Shown in pieces: positions 23,114-35,712 of a stretch of DNA of 64,000 nucleotides; position 1 is the stretch's first letter, and every line of letters starts with the position of its first letter. The translations under genes and the position numbers were made by a program. The notes under the pieces are model-generated. The model was not told the origin of the DNA. It ran no database searches and saw only the letters and a list, made by a program, of their open reading frames with translations. This DNA is from Glaucostegus cemiculus (taxonomy: Eukaryota): assembly GCA_976551045.1 (NCBI GenBank), contig CDPCPM010000005.1:9052001-9116000 (forward strand), written 5' to 3'.

Positions 23114-26100
23114 TTAGAACATAGAACAGTAGAACACAAGAACAGGCCTTTCAGTCCGTGATGTCTCTGCCAACCATGATGATGATCCAGATTGATTCCA
23201 TCTGCCTGCATATGGTCTACGTTCCTGCCTGTTCACATGTCTGTCTAACTGCTTATTAAATGTTTTTGTCATATCTGCTTCCACCACATTCCCTGGTAGC
23301 ACATTCTAGGCACCTATCACTGTGTGTGTGTGTGTGTGTGTGTGTGTCACTTATTTCGTAAATCTCCCTTAAACTTTTCCCCCTCTCACCTTAGACCTGT
23401 GTCCCCTAATATTTGACATTTCTGCCCTGGGAAAAAAAGACATATCTACTCTGTCAATGCTTCTCATGATTTTTAAATACTCCTATTAGGTTGTGCACCT
23501 CCCCCACTCCTCCCCAAAGTTTCCATTCTAGAGAGAACAGTTCAAGAATGTTTATCTTATCCTTTTATAGCTAATACTCTCTAATCCAGACAACATCCTG
23601 GTGAACCTCTTCTGCACCCTCCCCAAAGCCTCCACATCCTTCCTGTAATATGGTGACCAGAATTGCACACAATACTCCAGATGTGGCCTAACCAAAGTTT
23701 TACACAGCTACAAAATGTCAGGAAGTCATTTATATTCAACACCCTGACCTATGAGGGCAAGTATGTCATACATCTTTATCACCCTATCTACTTGTGTTGC
23801 CTCTTTCAGGGAATATGAACATGGACCCCAAGATCCCTCTGTACATCAATGCTGCCATGGGTCCTGCCATTTACTGTATACTTTCCCCTAACATTTGACC
23901 TTCCAAAGTGCAACACTTCACACTTGTCCAGATCTGCCATTTCTCCACCCACATTTCCAACTGTCTATATCCTGCTGAATTTTTTGACAACCTTCCTCAC
24001 TATCAATAACTTAGCCAATTTTTGTATTGTCTGCAAACTTGCTAATTAGCACACCTATATTTTTGTCCTAATCATTTACATGCATCAGAAACAACAGAGG
24101 TCCTAGCACAGATCCTTGTGGCATACCACTGGTCCGAGATCTCCAGTCAGAATAACACCCCTCCACTGCTACCCATTGTCTTCTATGGCCAAGCCAATTT
24201 TGAATCCAATCTATGAAATCTCCATGGATATCATGTGCTTTAATTTTCTGGATCAGCCTACCACGTGGGACCTTGTTAAAAACTTGACTGAAGTTCATGT
24301 ATGCAGTATCCACTGATCTATCCTCATCAATCATCTTTGTCACCTCCTCACAATGCTTAATCATTTATAAGACATGCCCTTCCTCTGCATAAATCCATGC
24401 TGACTATTCTGAATAAATGTATGCTTTTCCAGATGCAATTAGATCCTACCCATAAGAAACTTCTCCAATAATTTCCCTATTGATGTAAGTAAGACCCACT
24501 GGTCTATAATTTTCTGGTTTGTCTCTTTTTGCCCTTAAACAAAGAACCATTGGCTTTTGTCCAGTCCTCTGGAACCTCGCTGGTAGCTAGAGAGGATACA
24601 AAGATCTCTGTCAAGGTCCCAGAAATCGCCTTTCTTGCTTTTTTTTGTTAGTAATCTGGGATAGATTCCATTATGCCCTGGAAACACATCCAGCTTGATG
24701 TTCTTCAAGATCCCCAACACCACCACCTCCTTAATAGCAACATGCCTGAGAATATCAGCATATCCCTCCCTGATCTATTTAAACTTTATGCACAATATCC
24801 CTGATCTCATATCCTCCATGTCCTTCCCCTTGCTGAATAATGATGCAAAGTACTTATTTGACCTCGCACACCATAACTATCTAAAAACTTCTGCAATTAT
24901 GATCGCTGTTCCTAAAATGCTCTTGCAGTGAAACTTCAATCATCTGGCCAGGCTCATTTCCTAGTATGGCCTCTTTTCTGGTTGGATTATCTGCTTTGTG
25001 TCAAGAAACCCTCCTGAATGTATCTAACAAATTCTGCCCCATCTAAGTTTCTGATGAATCTGAGTCAATATTGGGGAAATCAGTCACACACTGCAACTAC
25101 CCTGTTGCTTTAACATTTTTCTATAATTACCTGCTAATCTGTTCTTCCATCTCCTGCTGGCTATTGGGAGACCTATAGTATAGCCCCATCATGGTGATTG
25201 CACCTTTCTTATTCCTGAGCTCTACTCCTATTGCCTCAGTGGAAGAGCCCTCCAGGATATCCTCCCTAGACGCCGTGGTGATGTTCTCCCTGATCAGTGG
25301 TGCAATTCACCACCCCCTTTTACATTCCTCTCTATTGCACCTGCAACATCTGAACCCTGGAACCTTGAGCTGCCAGTCCTGCCCTTCTCTCAAACAAGTC
25401 TCCGCAATGGCTACATTATCATGGTTCCATGTACTAATTCAGGCCCTTAAATTCATCTGCCTTACCCATAATATCCTTGCAGTGAAATAAATACACTTTG
25501 GCCTATCAGCCCACCGTGTTGATTAATCTGGCCTTGCCTGTCCTTCCTTTCAGCCTTACTTAACCTAATCTCCACCTTCCCATCAATCCCTCCACATTAA
25601 TTATAACCCTTACAAATAGCACTGGCAAATCTTCCTGTGAAATTTAGTGCAATCTGTCCTTGTACAGCTCCCACCTCCCCTGGCAGGAAGCTCAATGATT
25701 TACGTACTTGAAGCCCTCACTCCTGAACAAGCTCCTTAGCCATGCATTTATTTGTACTATCTTCCTATCTCTTGCTTCGCTAGCACATGGCACAGGTTGT
25801 AATTCTGAGATTACAACACTGGAAGTCCTGCTTTTTAACTTGCTGCCTAACTGCCTAATTTTCTGTGTAGCATCTCATCTCTCTTCCTGCCTGTGTTGTT
25901 AGTACTAAGTGTCTCTGTAGTACTAATATGGACCACAATCTCAAGCAGCTCAGCTTCCCTTTTCAGAATGTCTTCTGCTCAAATCTTGCTCGCAGCCATA
26001 GAAATGCCTGTCTGTGCCCCTGACTAAAGAGGCCCCTATCACTGTTGCTCGCCTACTCCTCAACCTACCCTGCTGTAAGAGTCAGTAAGTGGTACTACCG

Positions 26101-26395
26101 GCTGCTGCTGTCACTTCCTCCTATTTTCCTTTCTTTCTTCCCTCCCTCCCTCTCACCCCACCCACCCCCCCCAACAGTATCCAGTAGCCAAAATGGTATT
26201 CTTGCATGAAGGGGAACAGTCACAGGAGAATCCTGTATTATCTGCCTACCTCTTCTGACAGTCAACCATCTATCTGTGTGACCATCCATTGGTGTGACCA
26301 CCTCCCTGAAAATCCTATCTGTAACACTCTCTGCCTCCTGTCTGCTCCTCAGTGAGTCCAACTGCTGCTCCAACTGATCCATATTATTTCGCAAT
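23114..26395 (-). mobile_element. Long degraded CR1 LINE retaining ORF1, endonuclease and RT relics
   Basis: 3' tail (TAGAACA)n at 23114; RT relic ORF 24068-24364 (KVPRGRLIQKIKAH...WIQNWLGHRRQ...PQGSVLGPLLF); endonuclease relic ~24930-25500; ORF1-like relic 26095-26394 (LEQQLDSLRS...FREVVTP...WLTVRRGRQ). Confidence 0.85.
23321..23347. repeat. (TG)13 microsatellite inside the CR1 copy
   Basis: Pure TG run at the position where sibling copies read CACTCTCTGTGTAAA. Confidence 0.95.
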
Positions 26396-26899
26396 GTCTT
26401 AGGGTTAAAATGGGAGGTGTCGACCCATATACAATTGTGATTAGGTTCAACTCAAATATAGCATATGTCTGCATTTCTCATTAATGAGCTGCATACGTAT
26501 GCTTTGAAATCTTGGATACTGTGCATAAAGTTTAAATAGATAATTTTCTGTAGCTACATCAAAGCAATCAATGTTCCGATTAGGAGTTTTTAATTAATGA
26601 AGGAATGGCTCTGAAAATGGTCTTTACAAACGCCATCTTATTCACAAAACTACTCGTCGGAAGAAAATTTTGCTTTCCTTACTTGGTCTGGCCAATGTGA
26701 TTTCTGACACACTAATGTGGTTGGCTCTTAATACGAAAGAAAGCATCGTTGGCGATGTCCACATCCCATAAAGCAAAATTTCCAGTGCATATCATTGGGA
26801 CAGATCAATCCAAATAAGATTTTACTTCCTACACTTTGAGAATTTTGTTGGGGCTCAGGAGTTGCGTATTTATCTTAAGCTTAGGATTTCCTTGGTGTA

Positions 26900-27305
26900 T
26901 GATATTTGATGGCAGTCTTCGACCGTCCTTTCCATTTTCCTGACTCCTGTTGTTCCTTCCACTCTGTCACAAGCCCATGATAGTTTCTCTTGTATTCGCC
27001 TTTCTCTACCAACTTCCATGTGTATTTGATCATCTTCTTGCATTTCTGGCACTTGCAGCATAATGTTACCACCAAGCAACTCCCATCGCTCCCCGTCAGT
27101 GTTCTGAAAGAACTGTTCTCAAGCAACACCCCTTCCTTTTTCCATAATGCCTTCCTCTGCAGCAAAAGACATATGATGATTATTATCACCACCTTCCCCA
27201 ACTGCTTAAGGTTTCCTAAGTGTAAATGCTTTTTCCAGATGAAGCAGTAATTTCCTTGCTTTTCTTTAAATTTAATATACTTTATTCACTAGTCACAGTG
27301 TGATT
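26900..27305 (+). mobile_element. Penelope-like ORF relic (RT-to-GIY-YIG linker)
   Basis: End reads FQMKQ*FPCFSLNLIYFIH*SQCD, resembling the PLE motif FTC.S.NL.Y.I.C..C that precedes YIG; truncated by the adjacent CR1. Confidence 0.5.
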
Positions 27306-29420
27306 GTAGAACAGTACAGCATAAGAACAGGCCCTTTGGCCCACAATGTTGTGTCAAACTAATTAAATTAGTAATTAAACACCTAACTAAACTAATCCTT
27401 TCTGCCTGCACAATATTCATATCCCTCCATTCTCTGCACATTCATGTGCCTATCTTGGAGCCTCTTAAACACCTCTGAGGTATTTGCCTCCGTTATCACC
27501 CCTGGCAGCGCATTCTAGCCACCCACACTCTCTGTGTAAAAAAAAAAACCACACTTACCCTGCACATCTCCTTTGAACTTACCCCCTCTCACCTTAAACA
27601 TATGCCCTTTAGTATTAGACATTTCAACCCTAGGAAAAAGATATTGGCTGTCTACTCCATCTTTGCCTCTCATAATCTATCAGGTCTCCATGCAGCTTCC
27701 GCCACTCGAGAGAAAACAACCCAAGTTTGTCCAACCTCTCCTTGTAGCACATGCACTCTAATCCAGGCAGCATCCTGGTAAACCTTTTCTGTACCCTCTC
27801 CAAACCCACAACATCCTTTCTATAATGGGGCAACCAGAATTGAGTGCAATGCTCCAGATGCAGTCTAGAACATAGAACATAGATACCTACAGCACAATTC
27901 AGGCCCTTTGGCCCACAAAGCTGTGCCAAACCTGCCCCCACACTGTTAGGCTTACCCATAACCTTCTATCTTATTTACCTTCATGTACCTATCCAACAGT
28001 CTCTTGAAAGACCCTAACGCATCTGCCTCCACCACCAGCTCCGGCAGCCCATTCCATGCACTCACCACTCTCTGAGTAAAAAACTTACCCCTAACATCGC
28101 CCCTGTATCTTCCCCCCAGCACCTTAAACCTATGTCCTCTTGTGGCCACCATTTCAGCCCTAGGGAAAAGCCTCTGACTATCTACCCTATCCATACCTCT
28201 CATCATCTTATACACCTCAATCAAGTCCCCCCTCATCCTCCTCCTCTCCAAGGAGAAAAGGCCGAGTTCCTGCAGCCTGCTCTCATAAGGCATGCTCCTC
28301 ATTCCAGGCAGCATCCTCGTAAACCTCCTCTGTACCCTCTCTATAGCTTCCACATCCTTCCTGTAGTGAGGCAACCAGAATTGAACACAATACTCCAGGT
28401 GGGGTCTGACCAGGGACCTATACAACTGAAGCATTACCTCCCTACTCCTAAATTCAATCCCTCGACCAATGAAGGACAATAGACCATACGCCTTCCTAAC
28501 CACAGAGTCAACCTGCGCAGCCGCCTTGAGCGTCCTATGGACTCGGACCTCAAGATCCCTCTGATCTTCCACACTGCCAAGAGTCTTACCATTAATTCTA
28601 TATTCCGCCAACCTATTCGACCTACCAAAATGAACCACTTCACATTTATCCGGGTTGAACTGCATCTGCCATTTCTCAGCCCAACTCTGCATCCTATCTG
28701 TGTCCCTCTGTAGCCTCTGACAACCCTCCAAACTAACCACAACTCCCCCAACCTTCGTGTCGTCAGCAAACTTACTAACCCACCCCTCCACTTCCTCATC
28801 CAGGTCATTTATAAAGATGACAAACAGCAAGGGTCCCAGCACAGATCCCTGAGGTACACCGGAGGTCACCGACCTCCACTCAGAATATGACCCTTCCACA
28901 ACCACTCTTTACCTTCTGTGGGCCAGCCAATTCTGAATCCACACCGCAATGTCCCCCTGGATCCTGTGTCTCCTCACCTTCTCCATAAGCCTCGCATGGG
29001 GCACCTTATCAAGTCTAACCAGAGTTTTGTAAGGCTGCAATGTAACTTCCTGACTCTTGAACTCTGTGCCTCGACTAAGAAAGGCAAGCATGCCATACGC
29101 CTTCCTGACCACCCTATCAACTTGCACAGCCACTTTCAGGAAGCTATGGATTTGGATCCCAAGATCCCTCTGTACATCAACATTGTACTGTCCCTTCATA
29201 TTTGATCTCCCAAAGTGCAATGCCTTACACTTGGCCAGATTAAACTCCATCTGCCAGTTCTCAGCCCATATGTGCAACTGATCTATATCCCGCTGTATCC
29301 TTTGGCAATCTTCTACACTATCCACGGCACCACTGATTTTCGTTTTGTCTATGAGCTTACTAACCCACCCTTCCATTCTTTCATCCGGGTCATAAACAGC
29401 AGAGGTCCCAGTATAGGTCT
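27306..29420 (-). mobile_element. Older CR1 copy, split into 27306-27867 and 29018-29420 by a younger CR1
   Basis: ORF2 relic YKTLVRL (ORF 28909-29490) resumes as RLHLEHCTQFWLPHYRKD (ORF 27630-27959) across the insert. Confidence 0.85.
27868..29011 (-). mobile_element. Young 5'-truncated CR1 LINE with nearly intact RT C-terminal ORF
   Basis: 317-aa ORF 27952-28905 (PQGSVLGPLLF, KFADDTK); a single in-frame TAA at 28909-28911; (CTATGTT)n tail; flanked by TSD AGTCTA (27862-27867 / 29012-29017). Confidence 0.93.
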
Positions 29421-29722
29421 GCAGAACACCACAAGTTAATGCACATCTGGGGCAGTGCTGCCTTGTTCTACAGAGATACCATATGTGCAAGAGGATTTGT
29501 TCACATTTGGTTAAGTCTTAATAGGAGCTGGGGAGGGGGAACATATTGTTTTTGTAAAAAAAATACTGAGAAATGACAATGGCTTGCATTACAGTGATTG
29601 TTATTTTGAATATGCTGCATCTTTGAAAAAAGTGCTACCATGGAATCAGATGGTGCTTGTTGGACATGAAGGGTCAGCTCATTCAATCAGGCTAGGACTC
29701 TAGGTGACAAATTTGACAGAAG

Positions 29723-29795
29723 TAACACTCTCAAAATACTGGGGGAACTCAACAGTTTGCTCCAGATTCCAGCATCTGCCGAATCTCTTGTGTCT
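29723..29795. mobile_element. 73-bp inverted Penelope-like terminal insertion with 15-bp TSD
   Basis: CAAATTTGACAGAAG at 29708-29722 and 29796-29810 flanks a reverse arm (CAAAATACTGGGGGAACTCAACAG) and a forward arm (TTTGCTCCAGATTCCAGCATCTGC). Confidence 0.75.
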
Positions 29796-29964
29796 CAAAT
29801 TTGACAGAAGGCTGAATCCAGGATGATCTGGCTGACTAAAGCATTGCCAGTGTATTATTCTTATAAGATGCTTTAACATATTGTTCTCTATCTTTTTGTA
29901 CTCTCTATCTTTTAGTATTCTGTCTTTCCCAGAACTCGTGTTTGAATCCTGCTTGCTACCCTCC

Positions 29965-30360
29965 ATGCGAAGGACTGTAGGAGACTGAGGGGTGATCTTA
30001 TAGAGGTGTATAAAATCACGAGGAGCATGCACACAGTCTTTTTCCCTGAGTTGGGGAATCAAGAACTAGAGGGTATAGATTTAAGGAGCGAGGAGAAAGA
30101 TTTAATAGGAACTTGAGGGGCAACATTTTGTTTACACAGAGGGTGGTATGTACATGGAATGAAGTGCCAGAGGAAGTAGTTGTGGCAGGTACAATAACAA
30201 ATTTTAAAAGACAGTTGGGCAGGTCCTTTGATAGGAAAGGCTTAGAAGGATATAGGCCAAACTTAGGCAAATGGAACTAGCTTGTATGGGCATCTTGGTT
30301 GGCAAGGACGAGTTGGGCCGAAGGGCCTGTTCCCCTGCTGTAAGACTCCATAACTCTATG
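29965..30360 (+). mobile_element. CR1 LINE 3' fragment
   Basis: RRLRGDLIEVYKI...TRGYRFK...FTQRVVCTWNEVPEEVV; GGGCCGAAGGGCCTGTT terminal motif and ACTCTATG tail. Confidence 0.88.
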
Positions 30361-31474
30361 TAGGAGCTGTTCGAGAATCTATGGAAGTTCTTAGTAAAAT
30401 AGCTGTATCTTCAGCTGGCTAGGCCTTGAACTCCAGAATTCTTTCCTTTAACCCTTATCTGTTTTTGCCTTCTTTTCAACCTTTGCTCTTTAAGTTGCCT
30501 CTGACCAAATTGTCGTACTTCAGCTCTGATACATTTTTGTGTATCAGATTTTGTTTCTGAACACTCCTGTAAAGTGCTTTGAGGTATTGTCTTGTATAAC
30601 AAATGTAATATAATACACATTGGTGGTGGTTGTTTTTGCTATCATTGGTAAAAGATCAATCATTATCTTTCATGCATATATATTTATGCCAAAGTAATAG
30701 AGTTGATTTCAAGTAAACATTCATTGGGAAGATTAAACATTAACATCAGTACTTGTGAAGACAAGTAGAATAAAAATGTAGGTGCATAAGATCATTTCCG
30801 TCCATGTGTATCTAAGCAAGGTTTTAAATAGTTAAATTTCATAAGCTACGAGCATGCCATTTCCATTGTATTCTGCTGTATATTAATAGAATATCTGTAC
30901 TCTTACAGAGTTCATTTAACTTGAAAATAGGAATTTTTTCAACATCACTGGTAGACAGATAGTGAAATGCATTTAATGATTTAAAAAAACAACATGTCCT
31001 AGGGCACAGATAGAAGACTTGAAGATTAATTAAAAAATGTTGAAGAAAGACAAGTTTGAGTGAGAGTCTTAACAATGGAGCTGAGAAAAATAGAAAGGAA
31101 TGCCAGAGCTTGGACCTTAAATGGCTGAGGGCGCAGTTGTGGATAATGAAGTTGGGGTTGAGAATGTAATGTGTGGGCCAGAGTTTGGAATTTGTGAGGG
31201 TTTGTACAGCTGGGATAGCTGAAGCCTCTTAAGGAATTTCAACATGAAGATAATTGCATCAGAAGTCATTGTAGGTTGGTGATCATAGGGGTGGTGGATA
31301 AATTGGAGTAGGATACAGAATTTGAGTTTCTGATGAGCTTGGTTTTATGCACCTTGGAAGATGATGGATTAACCAGGAGTGCTTTGTGTGGAAGTGACAA
31401 AATCAGATGCAATCATTCCTTATGTTGTAGAGGAAGCTCAGCTTGGGTGAATGGGATGCTGATACTGTAAATGC

Positions 31475-31935
31475 AAATCTCCAAGGCCAACATACCTCTA
31501 AATACACTCTAAATACACTGTTGTATCGGCAATATTGCTTGCATGCCTGAAACAGATTCCTCAGTCAGACACTCTGTCATTGGAAGGAATGGCCAGGCAC
31601 AGAGGGAAAGGATTGAAGGAAGACCTCCTTTGACGGGGAAAAAATGCAACATCTGCATTGATTCCTGGGAATGTCTCGTCCATGACCTCTGAAAATGGCG
31701 AAGGAGCATTCAGGATGGTACTGAGAATCTTGTCCATGTATTGGGAGCATATCAAAGCCCAGTATAAATGGCAGAGGGAGAGCACCACTTTCCCAAACTA
31801 ACTGTCAGACATCTCTTGTCCCATACCTGGAAGAGTCTGCTGTTCCAACATTGATCTAATCAGACATCTCTGAGACCCATTAAACCAAAGTGAAAGCAAG
31901 TCATCTTTGATCCAAAGAACTGCTAAAAAGAAGAA
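31475..31935 (+). mobile_element. Probable RTE-clade LINE 3' relic
   Basis: Decayed ORF end (DSWECL.HD...WRRSIQDG; Cys/His motif region CPIPGRVCCSNIDLIRHL) and AAGAAGAA tail. Family assignment by eye. Confidence 0.5.
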
Positions 31936-32769
31936 AAAATGTACTGTTTCAGCCTAGTCCAAGGGTTTGGTGACCAAAGACTTCACTGGGTGTTGATGCC
32001 AATGGCAGCATGTCGATGAGAGGTAGAAGAAGTTGATCTGGGACCAGAAAGAAAAACCATTGCTGAAGATAGTCTTTCTATGGTTTGACCCCGTCAAGTG
32101 GAATCAAGTGGAGGGCAGTCCCATCCATTACACAATGGGCAAGGACAAAGTATATGCAGTAGAACAAAGGTGTCTGGAAAGAAGTGCAAATATGGATGTT
32201 TACAATTCCAAGTTTTATAAAATGGATAGATAATATCATTGTCTAAGATCTTGTATGTTATTACATGGAGGAAAACCAGTATTATTCTGTTGCGATTCTG
32301 TGTACTTTGAACTGCATAGAATCTATAGGAGATTAGTAAGAGCAAGAAAAAGGGCTCATTTAGGAGTGCTTTTGAATGTCTTCCATGCATGTGGGTGTGG
32401 CAGTCGAAGTGTTGATGCTGTAGTTCACTTCTTAGGCTAATAAGTAATTAATCTTTTTCCCTATCATTCGGCTTCTATATTCACTGCATGGACTTGAGGT
32501 CACTTAAGGAGATTTGCTGCAACCATCATTACCCACAATGACAAGTAGAGATGGGCAGTAAATACTAGTCTTGCAAGGTATTTCCTCTTACCCTGTGAGG
32601 GGATTGAGTTTTAACACTGTTAACAGAGGGATGATTGAGGTATACTTTGGTCATCTAACAATTTAAATGCTTAAAAAACAATTGGAATAAATTGGAGAAA
32701 ATTCTGAAGTGAAGTGACGAATGAAGCATATTAGGGGTATAGTTATGACTGGCAAGGTCAAACTTAATT

Positions 32770-33800
32770 CCCCTTTCTAGCAGGCTTTTGAAAAGGTAGG
32801 GGTGACCCCCATCTGGGATCATGATGGTAGTGCTGTTTAATGTTAAGGATCGCTGGTTAAACCATACCTTGTTGGAGGTGGTCATTGTTTGGCACTGTAG
32901 GGTATAAATATTACTTGTCACTTATCGTGTGCCTGAATGTTTTCTAGATTTTGTTGCATTTAGGCTCTGGCTGCTTCACTTGCTGGAGGGTTGCAGATTG
33001 GTTTGATTATCATTGTGGAGTCCTTGATAAACATCCCCTCTTCTGACAAAGCACTGGAAGGAAGAGGTTAGTAATGAAGCAGTTGAAGATGTTTGGGCCT
33101 AGCACACTATCTTGGGGTAATCCTGTGATTTTTCTGGGCCTGGGATAATTGACTCCCAATGACCACAAGAACTTTCGTTTGTGTAAGGTATGACTTAATC
33201 ATTGGAGTTTTCTCTTTGATCCACATTTAATTCAGCTTGATGGGGCTCATTGTGTTATTTTCAGTTAAGGGCAGTCACTCTTCATCTGTCCTCTAGTATT
33301 TAGCTTTTTGGTTCATGTTTGGATCAAGACTGGTAAAGTCTGGAGCAGAGTGATCCTGGCACAACCCTGGCTTGGGTATTGGTGAGCAGGTTATTGGTCA
33401 GTAAAGTGCGGCTATATAGCTTTGGTGATGACACCTCCCATCACTTTTCTGATGATTTAGAATGGACTGATAGGGTGCTCATCAGCTGGATTGGATTTGT
33501 TCTGCTTTTTTTGTGAACAGGGCGTAATGTGGTAAGTTTTTCACATTGTTCATAGATGCCAGTGTTGTAACTGTACTGGAACTGTGTGGTTGGAGGTGCA
33601 GCTAATTATGGAGTGCAGATCTTCAGTATTACAACTGGGATATTGTCTGGTCCCTTAGCCTTTGTTGTATTCGGTGCTTTCAGCTATTTGTTGATGATGT
33701 GAGTGAATTGAATGTGTTCAAATCTGGCATCTGTAATTGAGGAAGCTGCAGTGGATTATCTGCTTGGCACTTCTGGCTGATTATGGTTGTGAATGTTTCA
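32770..33800 (-). mobile_element. Degraded non-LTR retrotransposon RT fragment (CR1/L2 group)
   Basis: ORF 33680-33895 (KIETFTTIISQKCQAD) and neighbouring PISLL/NLL...QFGF-like relics; many lesions. Confidence 0.5.
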
Positions 33801-34934
33801 ATCTTGCCTTCAGCAAGCGGTCGGACTTCAGGTTCCATCGTCTCAAAGACAGTTAGGAATGGGTAATCAATGCTGGTCTTATCAGTAATGCACACATCCT
33901 GAAAAATAACTTACTTAAAGGATCCATTCTATGCCATTATTGTATTCCCAGAGAACATATATTTTACCTTGCATTCTTCTCAATTTACTATTTGAGAAGG
34001 TGGCAATGAACAGCATTATTGGACCACTGCAATCCTTCTAATGTAAGTTGAGGGCTCTGGGTTTTAGACCCCGCAATGAAGGAATAGCAATACCTTTCCA
34101 AGAATTGTGTGCAACATGGGGGAAAACCTGTGGTGGTGTTCCCATACACTAAAACCCTCCGCCTTTTTAGTGATGGAAGTCGCAGGTTTGGGTGATGCTG
34201 TCAGAATAGCCTAGATAAATATGTGTAATACATTTTATTGATGACACACACTGCAACTAAGGTGCACTGGTGGGAGAGGAAATGAATATTTAGTGTGGAA
34301 AATGGGTACCATTGACCTCATGGTAGAAGGAATGTCATTGGTGAAGTAGCTAAAAATGTTTGAGTCTAAAGAACTCCTGCAGTGATATCAATGCCTGTGC
34401 CCTCAAAATATTCAACCAGACTCTATTTAACAGATCATTCTTTAAATAATTACCCTTACTATCTTTGTATTCACATCAGAATAATGTGTCTGTCATTGCT
34501 AATTTTTTAAATTTCTTCTCCTTCATCTCTACCCTTTCAAAATTCTTTTGATAATGTTTTAGTTAGTTGCCAGCCATCACTAATAACTTGCCTCTTTAGT
34601 TTTATATTTCCCTACCTTGTTGTGCTTTCATGTCTCTGGTGTAAAATTTGAACTGCTCAACCTCCTTCCCCCTCCACTTCCAAAACCCTTATGCACCTTT
34701 TTCACATGTGCATGTTCCATAACATTTTCCAAAAAATTAACTTCCTCTGCCAATGTATTACTCAGAACTTCCTTCCTGCTGATCCACTTGCATCCTAAAG
34801 ACCATGTGTGTGGATTCAAACTGATACTTGCATAAATACATTGATGCTTTCAGTTTATTTAATTAATAAGTGCAGACTTTTTTTTAATATATCCATCCTG
34901 TCTTGTGAAGGACACTTTTGTTTGCATTAATTCC

Positions 34935-35015
34935 CACTCAGCAGGTTGGGCAGCATCTGTGGCAAGAGAAGCAGAGTTAACACTTCAGGCTGGAGACCCT
35001 TGGTCAGAACTCAGA
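34935..35015 (-). mobile_element. Penelope-like terminal repeat with decayed hammerhead motif
   Basis: Reverse strand reads GAGTT-CTGACCA-AGGGTC TCC AGCCT-GAAGT-GTT-AACTC...CCACAGATGCTGCCCAACCTGCTGAGT. Confidence 0.7.
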
Positions 35016-35419
35016 AGAATGTTTCCAACATTTACTGTTACACTTTAATTGTTGATTAATTTAAGGTTTTTTGATATAGCCTGATCGCAAATTAAACTTT
35101 GCTCTTTGGTGCTTGTTTCATAATAATCAGAAATTATTGACTTCCAAGCATTAGTTTTACAATTGAAAAGTACATGCTTCATTAGGTGCTGTTTCAGCCA
35201 GTTTATACTATGAGCAATATCACAGGAAGTTCATCATTATGCCAGTATATTCTACATGGTCTGAAATGATGCATACTCCTTAAAACCATACTGTTCTATA
35301 TGTAAATAAAAAGCTTGTTATTTCACTCCAAAGTCAGAGTAAACAGGTCAACGTGGCCATTTAATTGTGCTCCCCCCCCAAGCAGACCATTTATCATAGA
35401 AGCAGAAACCTTTTTGCTT

Positions 35420-35712
35420 GGCACAGTAGCATAGTGGTTAGCACAATGCTTTACAGCGTCAGTGACCCGGGTTCAAATCGGGCCACTGTTTGTAAGGAGT
35501 TTGTACATTCTCCCTGTGTCTGTGTGGGTTTCCTCTGGGTGCTCTGGTTTCCTCCCACATTCCAAAGATGTACAGGTTAGGAAGTTATGGGCATGCTGTG
35601 TTGGCGCCGGAAGCGTGGCGACACTTGCGGGCTGTCCCCCCCAAAAATCACTACGCAAAAGATGTATTTCACTGTGTGTTTCGATGCACTTGTGATTAAT
35701 AAAGATCTTATC
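35420..35712 (+). mobile_element. tRNA-derived V-domain SINE, full length, tail type B (Rex1-like)
   Basis: A box TAGCATAGTGG, B box GGTTCAAATCG, V-domain GTGTCTGTGTGGGTTTCCTCTGGGTGCTCTGGTTTCCTCCCACA, tail TTTCACTGTGTGTTTCGATGCACTTGTGATTAATAAAG. Confidence 0.9.

Noticed and set aside
27952-28905. Domesticated or host reverse transcriptase gene
   Set aside because: 5'-truncated, TSD-flanked, ends in a LINE tail and lacks the RT N-terminus; an ordinary young CR1 copy.
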